From assembly GCA_965200085.1 (NCBI GenBank), contig OZ241333.1, positions 1,123,704 to 1,187,703 of the forward strand: 64,000 bases of DNA, written 5' to 3'. Positions within the stretch are counted from its first letter, which is position 1. Each line of letters starts with the position of its first letter. Positions 46,003-55,894 of the stretch are shown here, piece by piece. The stretch is from Dehalococcoidia bacterium. Its GTDB lineage: Bacteria > Chloroflexota > Dehalococcoidia > Lucifugimonadales > JADFKI01. The position numbers and the translations under genes were made by a program. The notes beneath the pieces were generated by a model. It was not told the origin of the DNA. It ran no database searches and saw only the letters and a program-made list of their open reading frames with translations.

Positions 46003-47499
46003 CTAGATGCTCGGCAAGGGCACTGTGTCGCCGGTCTCGTGCTGCCAGATTCGGATGCGTGCCGCCATGTCGATAATCCTATCACGCTGCGCCGGATCGT
46101 TGTAAAGGTTGTTCTGCTCATACGGGTCGTTGTTCATGTCAAACAGCTCACACTGGTCTCCTGCACACAGATTAAGCTTCCAGCGGTCAGGCGTAATAAC
46201 TGAACGCCAGGGGAGTGTCAGCATACGGTTGATATCCGAACTGCCCAAGAATCGATCAGGAAGTTCATCACTTGTGCCATTCCACTGCACGAACACATCG
46301 TTGTTATCAAGCGTCTGTTCGCCTTTGAGCACAGGCACGAGGCTCTTACCTTGCAGCGACTCGGGGATGTCATGACCGCTCAGATCCAGCAGTGTAGGCA
46401 CGAGGTCTATATGTCCCACACTGCCATCAACTATCGTTTGCTCCTTTGACAGCCATGGAACGCACATCAGCAAAGGCACTCTCGATGCCTCCTCATAGAA
46501 CGAGCGTTTTTCGAGCATGCCGTGGTCTCCCATCATGTCTCCGTGCTCGCTGGTGAACACCACGACTGTGTTGTCTGCTACCCCGGCATTCTCCAAGGCA
46601 TCCGTTATTCTGCCCACCATGTCGTCGACAAGCGTGATATTCGCAAGATAATGCGCGCGCAGTGTGCGCCAGCCCTCTTCGGTCGTAACATCTTCTCGTG
46701 CGGCGGCATAGCGCGTCATGTAGTCGTCGTCAGAGTGGCTTTTTCCTTCCAGCATGAACTGCATGAAATAGTTGGCGCGTACGCGATTAACTCGCGATGC
46801 GCCTTCGGGCAACTCAAGGAAGGCATCTCCAACGGGAAGCTCTGCCGGGTCGTACATATCCATATAAGGACCGTGATAGGGCGAATGCGGTTCAAAAGTG
46901 CTGACATACAGAATGAAAGGGCGGTCCTTATTCTGTTCTATGAACTCTGCGGCGCTGTCTCCTAAGTAAGACGCCATCTGGAACTCTTTGGGCAGGTCTT
47001 GGCGCGCATCCGCAGAGAACACTTCCAGTCCGTCGGAATGCGAGCTGTCGGGTATGTAGCCGTTCTCAACCAAGTGCTGGTGATACGGTGTCAGCTCATA
47101 GCGCAGTTCCGTGCGCGTGTATGCTTCGCGATGACCATCCTCAGTTGGATTCCACACATCGAACCCGTGCTGAACTTGCACGTCGTTGCCGAGATGCCAC
47201 TTACCCATATACCCCTTGAAGTATTCGTCGTCAATCATCTCAGCAATGACGGGTGTACCCTCAGGCAGGTGAATCTTGTTCACGATAGGACCTGCAGTGT
47301 GCGGGTATAGACCCGTCATAATAGTGGCTCGCGCCGGAGTGCATACCGGCTGGGCTACATACGCGTTGCGGAATACGAAGCTTCGGTCAGCCAGCGCATT
47401 CAGGTTCGGTACATTCATAAACTCACTGCCATAGCAAGCAAGAGTGTCATAACGCTGCTGATCACTCATTATGAATACGATGTTTGGCCTTTCTGCCAT
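46003..47499 (-). CDS. Cys-type sulfatase, no signal peptide
   Basis: PNIVFIMSDQQRYD N-terminus and the formylglycine motif CTPARATIMTGLYPH. Confidence 0.9.
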   Translation of the reverse strand: MAERPNIVFIMSDQQRYDTLACYGSEFMNVPNLNALADRSFVFRNAYVAQPVCTPARATIMTGLYPHTAGPIVNKIHLPEGTPVIAEMIDDEYFKGYMGKWHLGNDVQVQHGFDVWNPTEDGHREAYTRTELRYELTPYHQHLVENGYIPDSSHSDGLEVFSADARQDLPKEFQMASYLGDSAAEFIEQNKDRPFILYVSTFEPHSPYHGPYMDMYDPAELPVGDAFLELPEGASRVNRVRANYFMQFMLEGKSHSDDDYMTRYAAAREDVTTEEGWRTLRAHYLANITLVDDMVGRITDALENAGVADNTVVVFTSEHGDMMGDHGMLEKRSFYEEASRVPLLMCVPWLSKEQTIVDGSVGHIDLVPTLLDLSGHDIPESLQGKSLVPVLKGEQTLDNNDVFVQWNGTSDELPDRFLGSSDINRMLTLPWRSVITPDRWKLNLCAGDQCELFDMNNDPYEQNNLYNDPAQRDRIIDMAARIRIWQHETGDTVPLPSI

Positions 47500-47576
47500 C
47501 CTTTCACCTCCGGTTAACGATAAGTTTGTGCATTGAATTCGCTTGCGTGAGTTTATAAACAGACAGGTAGTATGTC

Positions 47577-47598
47577 AATCCCAACGCAATCCCAACGC
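47577..47598 (+). promoter_or_regulatory. tandem 11-bp direct repeat AATCCCAACGC x2 at the centre of a divergent promoter region
   Basis: Read directly from the sequence. It abuts a minus-strand TTGACA (47578..47573) and covers the -35 position of a plus-strand TGgTAATAT (47607..47615). Confidence 0.4.
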
Positions 47599-47677
47599 AT
47601 TTTGTGTGGTAATATGTGCCAGATAACGAAGCCCGTATGTCTGTGTATTGTCGAAAACATCAGCAGGAATGTTTAAT

Positions 47678-48565
47678 ATGACCACCTCCGGCTTTACCGT
47701 AACGTTGCTTGGCACGAGTTCGCCTTCGCCTTCTATCGAGCGCTTTGGAATGAGTACGCTGGTGGAAGCCGGCGGGGAACGGCTGCTGTTCGACTGCGGA
47801 CGCGGGGCGATTCAGCGGCTGCTCCAGCTTGGGCCGGACTATCCTCAAGTGGACAGACTATTCCTGACGCACTTGCACTCAGATCACATCGTAGGCATAC
47901 CGGATCTATGGCTCACGGCTTGGATTATGGGACGCAAGACGCCGTTTAAGGTCTGGGGACCTGAGGGAACTGTGAATATGATGGCGCACCTTGAGCAGGC
48001 GTACCAAGCGGACATCCATATTCGTAGAGACCTAGACGAGCTTCTTCCGCAATCCGGCATCGACGTCGTCGCGCAAGACATCGCCGAGGGCTTCGAATAC
48101 ACACAGAATGGTGTGCGCGTCATCGTGTTTGATGTTGACCATCGCCCCGTAACGCCCGCGTTTGGCTATCGCATCGAATACGGCGGAAAAACTGTCGTGT
48201 TGTCGGGGGATACCCGTCCCTGCGATAACCTCGTGAAATACGCACAAGGCGCCGATTTACTGATTCACGAAATTATCGCGCCACAGGCTTTTCTGAAGCG
48301 CGCAGCTCGAATGACTGATCATCACAAGCGTGCGGTCATAGAGCACCATACGACGCCTACACAAGCGGGCGAGATTTTCAGCAGAATAAATCCGAAGTTA
48401 GCCGTGTTTTCGCATGTGATTGGAGGTCCCATTCCGGGTTACGAAGCAGAGATACTTGACGGCACTCGCAGTACATACTCCGGACGAGTGGCTGTGGGCT
48501 ACGATCTGACACGCATACAAGTGAGCGAAGAAGTTAAGATACTCAGTGCGCATCCTGATGGCTGA
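47678..48565 (+). CDS. MBL-fold metallo-hydrolase (RNase Z-like subgroup)
   Basis: LTHLHSDH motif. Start moved to ATG 47678 (AGGAA 8 nt upstream). Confidence 0.8.
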   Translation: MTTSGFTVTLLGTSSPSPSIERFGMSTLVEAGGERLLFDCGRGAIQRLLQLGPDYPQVDRLFLTHLHSDHIVGIPDLWLTAWIMGRKTPFKVWGPEGTVNMMAHLEQAYQADIHIRRDLDELLPQSGIDVVAQDIAEGFEYTQNGVRVIVFDVDHRPVTPAFGYRIEYGGKTVVLSGDTRPCDNLVKYAQGADLLIHEIIAPQAFLKRAARMTDHHKRAVIEHHTTPTQAGEIFSRINPKLAVFSHVIGGPIPGYEAEILDGTRSTYSGRVAVGYDLTRIQVSEEVKILSAHPDG

Positions 48566-48610
48566 TCGTAAGCACAGCCTGTTTTAACGTGGATACGTGG
48601 ATAGTATGTT

Positions 48611-50251
48611 TTAAGCGATGTAGTTGTGCAAGCCCAAGGTGCGATATTTGCCTTGCAGTGTGCGCGGGTTGGCGGGCCAGCGCACGACTTGGCATCGAGC
48701 CGCCCACTCTTCGTATAGCCGTGACATCTGCCGTACACGTTCGCTGTCCCCGGATGCTAGGTCATTCAGCTCGGTGCGGTCCTCGTCCATGTTGTACAGC
48801 TCCCACGCCATGCCATACTCGGCAACGAGCTTCCATTCGCCGACGCGCACTGCGCAGTTGCCCTCATGCTCCCAGAATATCGGCTGCTGCCGTTTCCACG
48901 AACTACCTTGCAGTATCGGCAGAAAGCTCTCCCCCTCAATTGGGATGATTTGCCTGCCCTCAAACTCTGAAGGATATGTCGCGCCGGCGGTGTCTATACA
49001 GGTAGCGGTAATGTCAGTGATATACATCGCACTGTGGTTGACGCCTGTCTGTTTTATGCCTTTGGGCCAATGGATGATGAAAGGAGTTGAGATGCCGCCT
49101 TCCTGTATCCAGCTCTTGAACAGGCGGAAAGGCGCGTTGCTCACATTCGCCCACGGCAGGTCGTAGCTCATGAAAGTGTCGTCCGGACCTGGTCTTACGC
49201 CGGGGATGTTGCCCGATGTTACATGTCTGCCATCCACAGTGGGAGTAGAGTATATGCTCGGTACGGGGATGTCGTTGTCCTCTTTGAACAGCTCCGCGCA
49301 CCCTCCATTGTCGGACAGAAACATGAACAGGGTATTGTCGTACTCGCCCAGCTCGCGCAGTTTTGCCATGATGTGTCCGATGCCTTGGTCAACGCGGTCG
49401 ATTTGCGCCGCATAAACGGCCATGCGCAAGTCTTCCCAGTCCTTATGCTGAACATCATTCCAGTCGGGCGCATCCAAGTCGCGTGCGCTGATTTGCCATT
49501 TCTCGTCAAGCAGTCCCATCGCTTTCTGCGACTCATGCCGCGCTGTGCGCTCCGCATCCCAACCCTGACGGAACGCACCTTCATATTTGGCGATGTCCTC
49601 TTCCAGAGCATGCAGTGGCCAATGCGGTGCGGTGTAGGACAGATATAGAAAGAACGGATTGCTCGAGCTGCTGGCTTCGTCAATCATACGAAGGGCGTGA
49701 TTGGTAATTTCTTCAGTCAAGTAGAAATCGGTAGTCTCAGCTTTGATAGGCGTATCATCCAATCCCAGAGAATCGGGGTTAAAGAAGGATGTGTACCCGC
49801 CCCAGATGCCAAAGAATCGGTCGAAGCCACGCTGTCTTGGTGTAGGGTATCCTTCCTCACCTGTTGGCCAGCCGAAATCAGGCACAGGTGGATGATAGTT
49901 GCCGCCTACATGCCATTTGCCGGACATCAGAGTGCGATAACCCGCAGTACGGAGCACTTCCGCTATAGTTACGCACCTATCGTTCAGATAGCCTTGATAG
50001 CTGTCGATGCCGTAATCCGATGTCATGTGCCCAACTCCAGCCTGATGCGGATACAGACCTGTCAGCAGGGCAGCGCGTGATGGGCAGCAGCGCGCGGAGT
50101 TGTACATCTGCGTACATCGGATACCATTCTCCGCAAGTTTGTCTATATTGCGTGTCAGAAGGCGTGAACCGTAGCTTCCGAGGTCCGAGAAGCCGAGGTC
50201 GTCCACAAGGCAGACGATTATATTTGGGCGTTCGATAGACTGCTCACTCAT
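48611..50251 (-). CDS. Cys-type arylsulfatase, no signal peptide (tandem paralog A)
   Basis: PNIIVCLVDDLGFSD and CCPSRAALLTGLYPHQAG. Confidence 0.9.
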   Translation of the reverse strand: MSEQSIERPNIIVCLVDDLGFSDLGSYGSRLLTRNIDKLAENGIRCTQMYNSARCCPSRAALLTGLYPHQAGVGHMTSDYGIDSYQGYLNDRCVTIAEVLRTAGYRTLMSGKWHVGGNYHPPVPDFGWPTGEEGYPTPRQRGFDRFFGIWGGYTSFFNPDSLGLDDTPIKAETTDFYLTEEITNHALRMIDEASSSSNPFFLYLSYTAPHWPLHALEEDIAKYEGAFRQGWDAERTARHESQKAMGLLDEKWQISARDLDAPDWNDVQHKDWEDLRMAVYAAQIDRVDQGIGHIMAKLRELGEYDNTLFMFLSDNGGCAELFKEDNDIPVPSIYSTPTVDGRHVTSGNIPGVRPGPDDTFMSYDLPWANVSNAPFRLFKSWIQEGGISTPFIIHWPKGIKQTGVNHSAMYITDITATCIDTAGATYPSEFEGRQIIPIEGESFLPILQGSSWKRQQPIFWEHEGNCAVRVGEWKLVAEYGMAWELYNMDEDRTELNDLASGDSERVRQMSRLYEEWAARCQVVRWPANPRTLQGKYRTLGLHNYIA

Positions 50252-50306
50252 CCAATACCTCAGCCTATTCTCATCTAATCCGAAGTGGTTCCGTCAGACT
50301 TAAGCG

Positions 50307-51980
50307 TTATTGTTTGTCGTCCATTGGAGTTGGCATAGAAGGCGCGCCTGCGATATGAGCGTTCCTTCCCATCATCCTGAAGCCTGTGAACGCCGGATTC
50401 GCGGGCCAGGGCACAACATTCGCCCTGTCTGCCCACTGCTGCCACATTTGCGCCATCTGCCTAACCCTGTCTGCATCGCCTGCCGCTAGATTGTTAAGCT
50501 CAGTGCGGTCCTCATCCATGTTATAAAGTTCCCATGGGCCGTTGTGCTCGGCAACCAACTTCCATTCGCCTATGCGGACAGCGCGATTGCCTTCGTGTTC
50601 CCAGAATATAGGCGCTTCCCGGCTCCATTGCCTTCCGTAGGCTACCGACAGGAAACTCTCACCCTCAAGCGGCGCTACGCTTCTGTCCGCGTGTTCTGTG
50701 GGATATGCTGCGCCTGCCGCCTCTATACAGGTTGCCGTGATGTCGGATATGTACGCCGGCGAGTTAATGATTGCAGGCTGCTTTATGCGATTGGGCCAAT
50801 GCATGATGAATGGTGTGGATATGCCGCCCTCATGGATCCAGCGCTTAAACAGGCGAAACGGCGTGTTGCTCGCATTTGCCCAAGGCAGATCATAGCTCAT
50901 GAAAGTGTCTGCGCCGCCCGGACGCAGTGAAGGAATGTTTCCTACTCGCGTCTGTCTGCCGTCCACCGTGGGAATGGCGAAGACAGACGGCATGGGAATG
51001 TCAGTATCTTCCATAAACAGCTCAGCATCGCCTCCGTTGTCAGACAGGAACATAAACAGCGTGTTGTCTGCCTGCCCAAGCCGCCTCAGCCGATCCATGA
51101 TTTGTCCGACGCCTTGGTCAACGCGGTCTATCATCGCAGCATACACTGCCATACGCAGGTCTTCCCAATCCTGATTGGGCGCTTCCTGCCAAGGTGGAGC
51201 GTCCACATCGCGAGGGCTTATCTCCCATTTGGAATCTAGCAAGCCCATCCCTTTCATTTCCTCGTGGCGCGCGGTTCGCAGCGCATCCCATCCACCGCGA
51301 TAGATGCTTTCGTACTTGGCTATATCCTCATCCCGCGCGTGCAGCGGCCAGTGGGGAGCGGTGTACGACAAATATAGGAAGAAGGGCTTATCCATATCTG
51401 CGCTCTCATCAATCATCTGAAGCGCGTGGTCAGTAATGGCATCAGTGAAGTAGAAGTCCGGAGTCTCCGCATCGATGGGTGTATCGTCCAGCATCATGGA
51501 GAACGGATTGAACAGCGAGCCGTATCCGCCTAATATACCGAAGAACCTGTCGAACCCGCGCTGACGCGGTGTAGGGCGCCCGGGTGAACCGACGTCCCAG
51601 CCTTCTTCGGGCACTGGCGGGTGGTAGTGGCCGCCCACATGCCACTTGCCGCTCATCAGCGTGCGATAGCCCGATGAGCGCAGAACCTCTGCGACCGTAA
51701 CACATCTATCGTTAAGATAACCTTGATAGCCCGGAGTGCCGTAATTCTGCACCATGTGCCCCACGCCTGCCTGATGAGGGTATAGCCCGGTTAGCAGAGC
51801 CGCTCTCGATGGACAGCAGCGCGCGGCATTGTACATCTGTGTGAAGCGTAACCCGTTGTTGCCCATCCGGTCGAGATTAGGCGTGCTAATCTCAGACCCA
51901 TAGCAGCCGATATCTGAGAAACCAAGGTCGTCCACGAGGCAGACTATGATGTTCGGTCGGGAGTTGGATTGAGTAGGCAT
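50307..51980 (-). CDS. Cys-type arylsulfatase, no signal peptide (tandem paralog B)
   Basis: By eye, identical to 48611..50251 at most positions along the full length. Start moved to MPTQSNSRPN (GGAG-6 nt-ATG at 51980). Confidence 0.9.
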   Translation of the reverse strand: MPTQSNSRPNIIVCLVDDLGFSDIGCYGSEISTPNLDRMGNNGLRFTQMYNAARCCPSRAALLTGLYPHQAGVGHMVQNYGTPGYQGYLNDRCVTVAEVLRSSGYRTLMSGKWHVGGHYHPPVPEEGWDVGSPGRPTPRQRGFDRFFGILGGYGSLFNPFSMMLDDTPIDAETPDFYFTDAITDHALQMIDESADMDKPFFLYLSYTAPHWPLHARDEDIAKYESIYRGGWDALRTARHEEMKGMGLLDSKWEISPRDVDAPPWQEAPNQDWEDLRMAVYAAMIDRVDQGVGQIMDRLRRLGQADNTLFMFLSDNGGDAELFMEDTDIPMPSVFAIPTVDGRQTRVGNIPSLRPGGADTFMSYDLPWANASNTPFRLFKRWIHEGGISTPFIMHWPNRIKQPAIINSPAYISDITATCIEAAGAAYPTEHADRSVAPLEGESFLSVAYGRQWSREAPIFWEHEGNRAVRIGEWKLVAEHNGPWELYNMDEDRTELNNLAAGDADRVRQMAQMWQQWADRANVVPWPANPAFTGFRMMGRNAHIAGAPSMPTPMDDKQ

Positions 51981-52084
51981 AGCAGACTCCAATAGCAGGT
52001 TAGTGGTCAATTCTGGGTAGAAGTTATGCCAAACTATGCTTGTTGTCAATGCCGTATCTAGCTTAGGGATGTGCCAAAATGAAT

Positions 52085-52115
52085 CGGGGACAGACCCACA
52101 AAAGGTCTGTCCCCG
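52085..52115 (-). terminator. hairpin after the NHL gene (12-bp perfect stem CGGGGACAGACC/GGTCTGTCCCCG, 7-nt loop)
   Basis: Read directly from the sequence. The minus-strand tail is ATTCATTTTGG. Confidence 0.5.
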
Positions 52116-52153
52116 GAAGTTGAGCGTGGATTTTTGATTGTTACCGCTGGTTA

Positions 52154-53188
52154 CTACAAGTTGAACTGAGCTTCCATGTAGCCGTTCAGCTTGTTATAAA
52201 TCTGGAGTCTGCCCCGCTGAGTGTCAGCCACAAGCAATCGAGACTTTTTAGTGTCAAATGTAACGGATGTGGGCATCGCAAAGCGCCACTCGGGTTCGAG
52301 TGTATAGACGCGGCGGCGTGCCTTGATTACATCGATGTTTGCATCCACCTGCTCCTGGTGCCACTTGGCGAGCTGCTGTGCATCCCCTCTGAGGCTTGCG
52401 ATGAAACTCCCATCGGGAGCGAAAACCTGAACACGGTCGTTGCCCCAGTCGCACACATACAGATCCCCGTCCGGATCAACGGCAACATCGCTGGGGCGGT
52501 TCAGCTGTCCCCTGCCTTTGCCGTACCTGCCAAAGGACATTAGGTAGTCGCCATCTGAATCGAACTTCTGCACGCGGTGGTTCTTATGGTCGGCGATGTA
52601 CACATTGTCTTGGGCGTCGCAAGTGATGCCCCAAGGCGCATTGAACTCGCCTTCATCGTCGCCGAAGCTGCCGAACTGTAAGATATACTCCCCGTCCTTG
52701 CTGAACTTCTGTACTCGGTGATTTAGACTGTCCACGATATAGGCATCTTCGTTGGAGTCCAGAGCAATGCCGGACGGCTTATTAAGTTCGCCGTCTCCAC
52801 TGCCGCCGGATCCCCACACCTTTAGAAGTTCGCCATCTTTGGTAAACACGGATACCCTGTTCATCCATTCGTCCGTGATGTAAATGTTCTCTTCAGAATC
52901 GAGCGCGATCCCGCTGGGCCAGATGAGCTGGCCTTCGTCGTCGCCGTATCTGCTGAAACGCCCCAAAAACTCCTCATCGCCAGGCGTATCAGTTACTGTG
53001 AACCGATTCACTTGTGCTGCTGTGGCAGTTTTGTTCCAGGGCACATCTAAAATCTGCTCATATTGGCGGCTCAGCACATACACCATGTCGTCTTCCCCGG
53101 AGACTACGCCGATAGGCTGAGGCATGTATAGCCCGCCCACCGCATGGCTGAAGTCGTAAGTGCGTCCTTTCGCTACTGTGGTCAGCAT
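52154..53188 (-). CDS. NHL-repeat beta-propeller protein, no signal peptide
   Basis: Repeated blades containing NHRVQKF, NDRVQVF and MNRVSVF with D.EGNIYV-type strands. Confidence 0.85.
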   Translation of the reverse strand: MLTTVAKGRTYDFSHAVGGLYMPQPIGVVSGEDDMVYVLSRQYEQILDVPWNKTATAAQVNRFTVTDTPGDEEFLGRFSRYGDDEGQLIWPSGIALDSEENIYITDEWMNRVSVFTKDGELLKVWGSGGSGDGELNKPSGIALDSNEDAYIVDSLNHRVQKFSKDGEYILQFGSFGDDEGEFNAPWGITCDAQDNVYIADHKNHRVQKFDSDGDYLMSFGRYGKGRGQLNRPSDVAVDPDGDLYVCDWGNDRVQVFAPDGSFIASLRGDAQQLAKWHQEQVDANIDVIKARRRVYTLEPEWRFAMPTSVTFDTKKSRLLVADTQRGRLQIYNKLNGYMEAQFNL

Positions 53189-53207
53189 ATGTTACACTCC
53201 CCGCTAT

Positions 53208-53275
53208 TCGGTCGGCCAGCGTGCTGGTTTATCATCACAACTGCGATGATATATCCGTGTAGCTGCCGACCGAAA
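53208..53275 (-). other. nested inverted repeats in the DUF1501-NHL intercistronic region
   Basis: Outer 10-bp arms TTCGGTCGGC/GCCGACCGAA enclose an inner hairpin TATCATC-n8-GATGATA (53231..53252). Confidence 0.4.
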
Positions 53276-53285
53276 GACTGACAAA

Positions 53286-54419
53286 TTAATTGGCAATGAA
53301 GCTCATCTTCTCAAAATTACCGCCAACGATTTCCTTAGAATCCATCTTCATCCAGTCTTCGACCAGTGTGGAATAGACACTGCGGAAGTCCACATTGGGT
53401 ACGACGTCGCCCTGTTGGAGGTCTTCGGGGCGAAGCGACGGATACTCGCCATATTGACCGCCCTTCACATTGTCCCCGATGACCATGACTGCGCCGGCAG
53501 CTCCGTGGTCAGTGCCGGAGCCGTTGTCATGCGTCCTGCGTCCGAATTCGGAGAACAGCATCATAACGACATTGTCTGAGGCGTCATGCGCTCGCAAATC
53601 ATCAAAGAAATCATTGATGGCGGTGGAGAGGTCGTCCCAAAGCCCGGCGAGCATGTTCGGCTGACCCGCATGGGAGTCGAAGCTGCCATGGTCGCAGTAG
53701 AAGACGCGAGTTCCGAGATCCGCCATATGTACCTGTGCGATACCCTTAAGTTTCTTCGCCAGCGTGGTATCTGCGTATTCGATGTTGGAGGAGTAGCGCT
53801 CCGGGGCAACTTTGAGAATATCCGCACCTTGCAGAGCGTCCAAGCCTGTCTGTCCGAGGAACTCCATCACCGGACCTCGACCGATAGCCTGACCGTACAG
53901 TCGAGAGAACCTGTTTAGTATCTTCTGCCGCTGCTCATCTGCGCTGATTCCGGGCATCAGACCGTAGTTGTTCAGGTCTTCGACACAGGCTACTGGGACA
54001 CCGGGTACGGCCATTGCGCGAAACATGCTAGGACCGAAGCTGACGCCTGTAACAACATTTTCCTTGCGCGGGTCTATGTTTTGGATAACCTTGCCGAGCC
54101 AGCCTTCCGTGCCCACATCGTCCGGTTCGCAGGTGTGCCAGATGTCCATAGAACGGAAATGAGAGCGCGGCGAGTTTTCGTAGCCCACGCCGTGAACGAT
54201 GGCTACATTGCCCTGATTATACAGGTCGCGTATCGCGCCCATCTGAGGGTGCAGACCAATCTCGTCGTCGAGGTGTAGAACCTGCTCCTGTGGAATGCCG
54301 ACTGTGGGGCGGTTGTCGTAGTAGATTTCATTGTTGTACGGAATCACTGTGTTCAGGTAGTCGTTGCCGCCCGAGAGCTGCACGATAACCAAGACTGGGT
54401 CTTTCTGCACTGTGGTCAT
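53286..54419 (-). CDS. DUF1501 (sulfatase-fold) protein, no TAT signal
   Basis: VIVQLSGGNDYLNT, SEFGRR and GTDHG motifs typical of DUF1501. The N-terminus starts directly in the domain. Confidence 0.85.
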   Translation of the reverse strand: MTTVQKDPVLVIVQLSGGNDYLNTVIPYNNEIYYDNRPTVGIPQEQVLHLDDEIGLHPQMGAIRDLYNQGNVAIVHGVGYENSPRSHFRSMDIWHTCEPDDVGTEGWLGKVIQNIDPRKENVVTGVSFGPSMFRAMAVPGVPVACVEDLNNYGLMPGISADEQRQKILNRFSRLYGQAIGRGPVMEFLGQTGLDALQGADILKVAPERYSSNIEYADTTLAKKLKGIAQVHMADLGTRVFYCDHGSFDSHAGQPNMLAGLWDDLSTAINDFFDDLRAHDASDNVVMMLFSEFGRRTHDNGSGTDHGAAGAVMVIGDNVKGGQYGEYPSLRPEDLQQGDVVPNVDFRSVYSTLVEDWMKMDSKEIVGGNFEKMSFIAN

Positions 54420-54459
54420 CTTAAGTATCCCTCCAATCTATTATCAGGTGTGTGTATGC

Positions 54460-55866
54460 TTATGCGTATTGGTAATCTCTCAGCGATGCGATCAACTGAA
54501 GCATCTCGCTCACACGCATAGTGGAGAATTCAGAGTCTTCGTTAGTTTCCCACTTCAGATCTCCGTCAATTTCTGCGTGGTCTATCAATTCTTGTCGTGT
54601 TGCGCCGTCCAAGTCTAATGGCCCCATCAGGTCGAGGCATGTGTCCACGAACTGATCAGTGGGTATGTCGCCGGCATCCTGAAGTCTAGCGATAATGGAC
54701 TGAACGCCGGGCAGCGATGTGTCGCCCACGAGGTCGGCGACGAAGTTGATGCGGCGCATAAGTGAGCCGCTGTTAATCCATTCGCGTCCGGTGTGCCAGC
54801 CCTCTACGCTTGGCGGGTTCAGCACTTCCTGTCCCATATAGCCCATCTGCCGTCCGAGATTGCCAATACCGGGTGCGGGGAATTCGTGTCCGCCGACGAA
54901 ACGCAGTGTGTTGACCACAACTTCCACCGGGCTTTTGATGCGGGTGAAGCGTGCTTCTTTGAAGAAGTCTGAGTTGAAAAGCACGCGCAGCACTGATCGC
55001 ATGTCGTACTCTGACTCCACAAATGCGTCTGCAAGTATTTGAATGGCTTCAGGGTCGCCCGGGGCTACGCGCTGCCAAGCGGGGACTTGCGCCTCGTCCG
55101 AGACGAAGAAGTTGTACAAGTGGCGCGCGATAAAGCGTGAAGTTGCCGGCTGCTGGCAAATTATATCGATAATCTGCTCGCCATCGAAGTTGCCTGTATA
55201 GCCAAGGAACGACTTCTCTCCATCGTCGTGGTCATCTTCGCGGTACTCGAACGACCAGTCGAAGCGTCCCATCGGGAAGCGCGGCAATTTTGGCGTAATT
55301 GTCCAGCCAGTAAATGCGCGAGAGCATTCAAACACATCCTCTTCGGTGTAGTTGCCCACGCCCATGCTGAATAGCTCGAGCAGCTCGCGTCCCCAGTTCT
55401 CATTGGGCGCATCTGCATGGTTTTCGTTGTTGTCGAGCCAGTAAATCATTGCAGGGTTTTGGGCAATCTCCATCAGGATCTGCTTGTAGCTGCCCATTCC
55501 GTTCTCGCGCAGCATGTCAACCATGTCCTGAATTTCGTCCCAGTGGTCAACCTTTGACACTCCTGTGGCGAAGATACCGTGCCAGAAGACCGCCATCTTC
55601 TCTTGCAGAGGAGCCTTCGTGTTGACCATGTGATACAGCCATGTAGCATGCCCTGTGCCTTGGATCGTGCCGGGCTTCCAAGACCAAGGGTGATACCTAA
55701 GAAGCTCAAATCTGTCCACAGGCTCCTGTGCTTCAGGATGGAGCAGTTCTTCCACAGTTGCTTCGTAACCCTGAGCAACATACTTTTCCAGCTGATCGCG
55801 TGTCGCTCCGAATCCGGCGCGCCGCATCAGATGTGCCATCAATGCAATTTCATCTCGGTGTGCCAT
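54460..55866 (-). CDS. DUF1800 protein, no signal peptide
   Basis: LMRRAGFGAT, HWHGIFAT-type (FWHGIFAT) and NENxAREL-type (NENWGRELLELF) motifs. Start moved to MAHRDE (AGGAGG-7 nt-ATG at 55866). Confidence 0.85.
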   Translation of the reverse strand: MAHRDEIALMAHLMRRAGFGATRDQLEKYVAQGYEATVEELLHPEAQEPVDRFELLRYHPWSWKPGTIQGTGHATWLYHMVNTKAPLQEKMAVFWHGIFATGVSKVDHWDEIQDMVDMLRENGMGSYKQILMEIAQNPAMIYWLDNNENHADAPNENWGRELLELFSMGVGNYTEEDVFECSRAFTGWTITPKLPRFPMGRFDWSFEYREDDHDDGEKSFLGYTGNFDGEQIIDIICQQPATSRFIARHLYNFFVSDEAQVPAWQRVAPGDPEAIQILADAFVESEYDMRSVLRVLFNSDFFKEARFTRIKSPVEVVVNTLRFVGGHEFPAPGIGNLGRQMGYMGQEVLNPPSVEGWHTGREWINSGSLMRRINFVADLVGDTSLPGVQSIIARLQDAGDIPTDQFVDTCLDLMGPLDLDGATRQELIDHAEIDGDLKWETNEDSEFSTMRVSEMLQLIASLRDYQYA

Positions 55867-55894
55867 AGTGCTACCTCCTGTTTGAAGCACATTC

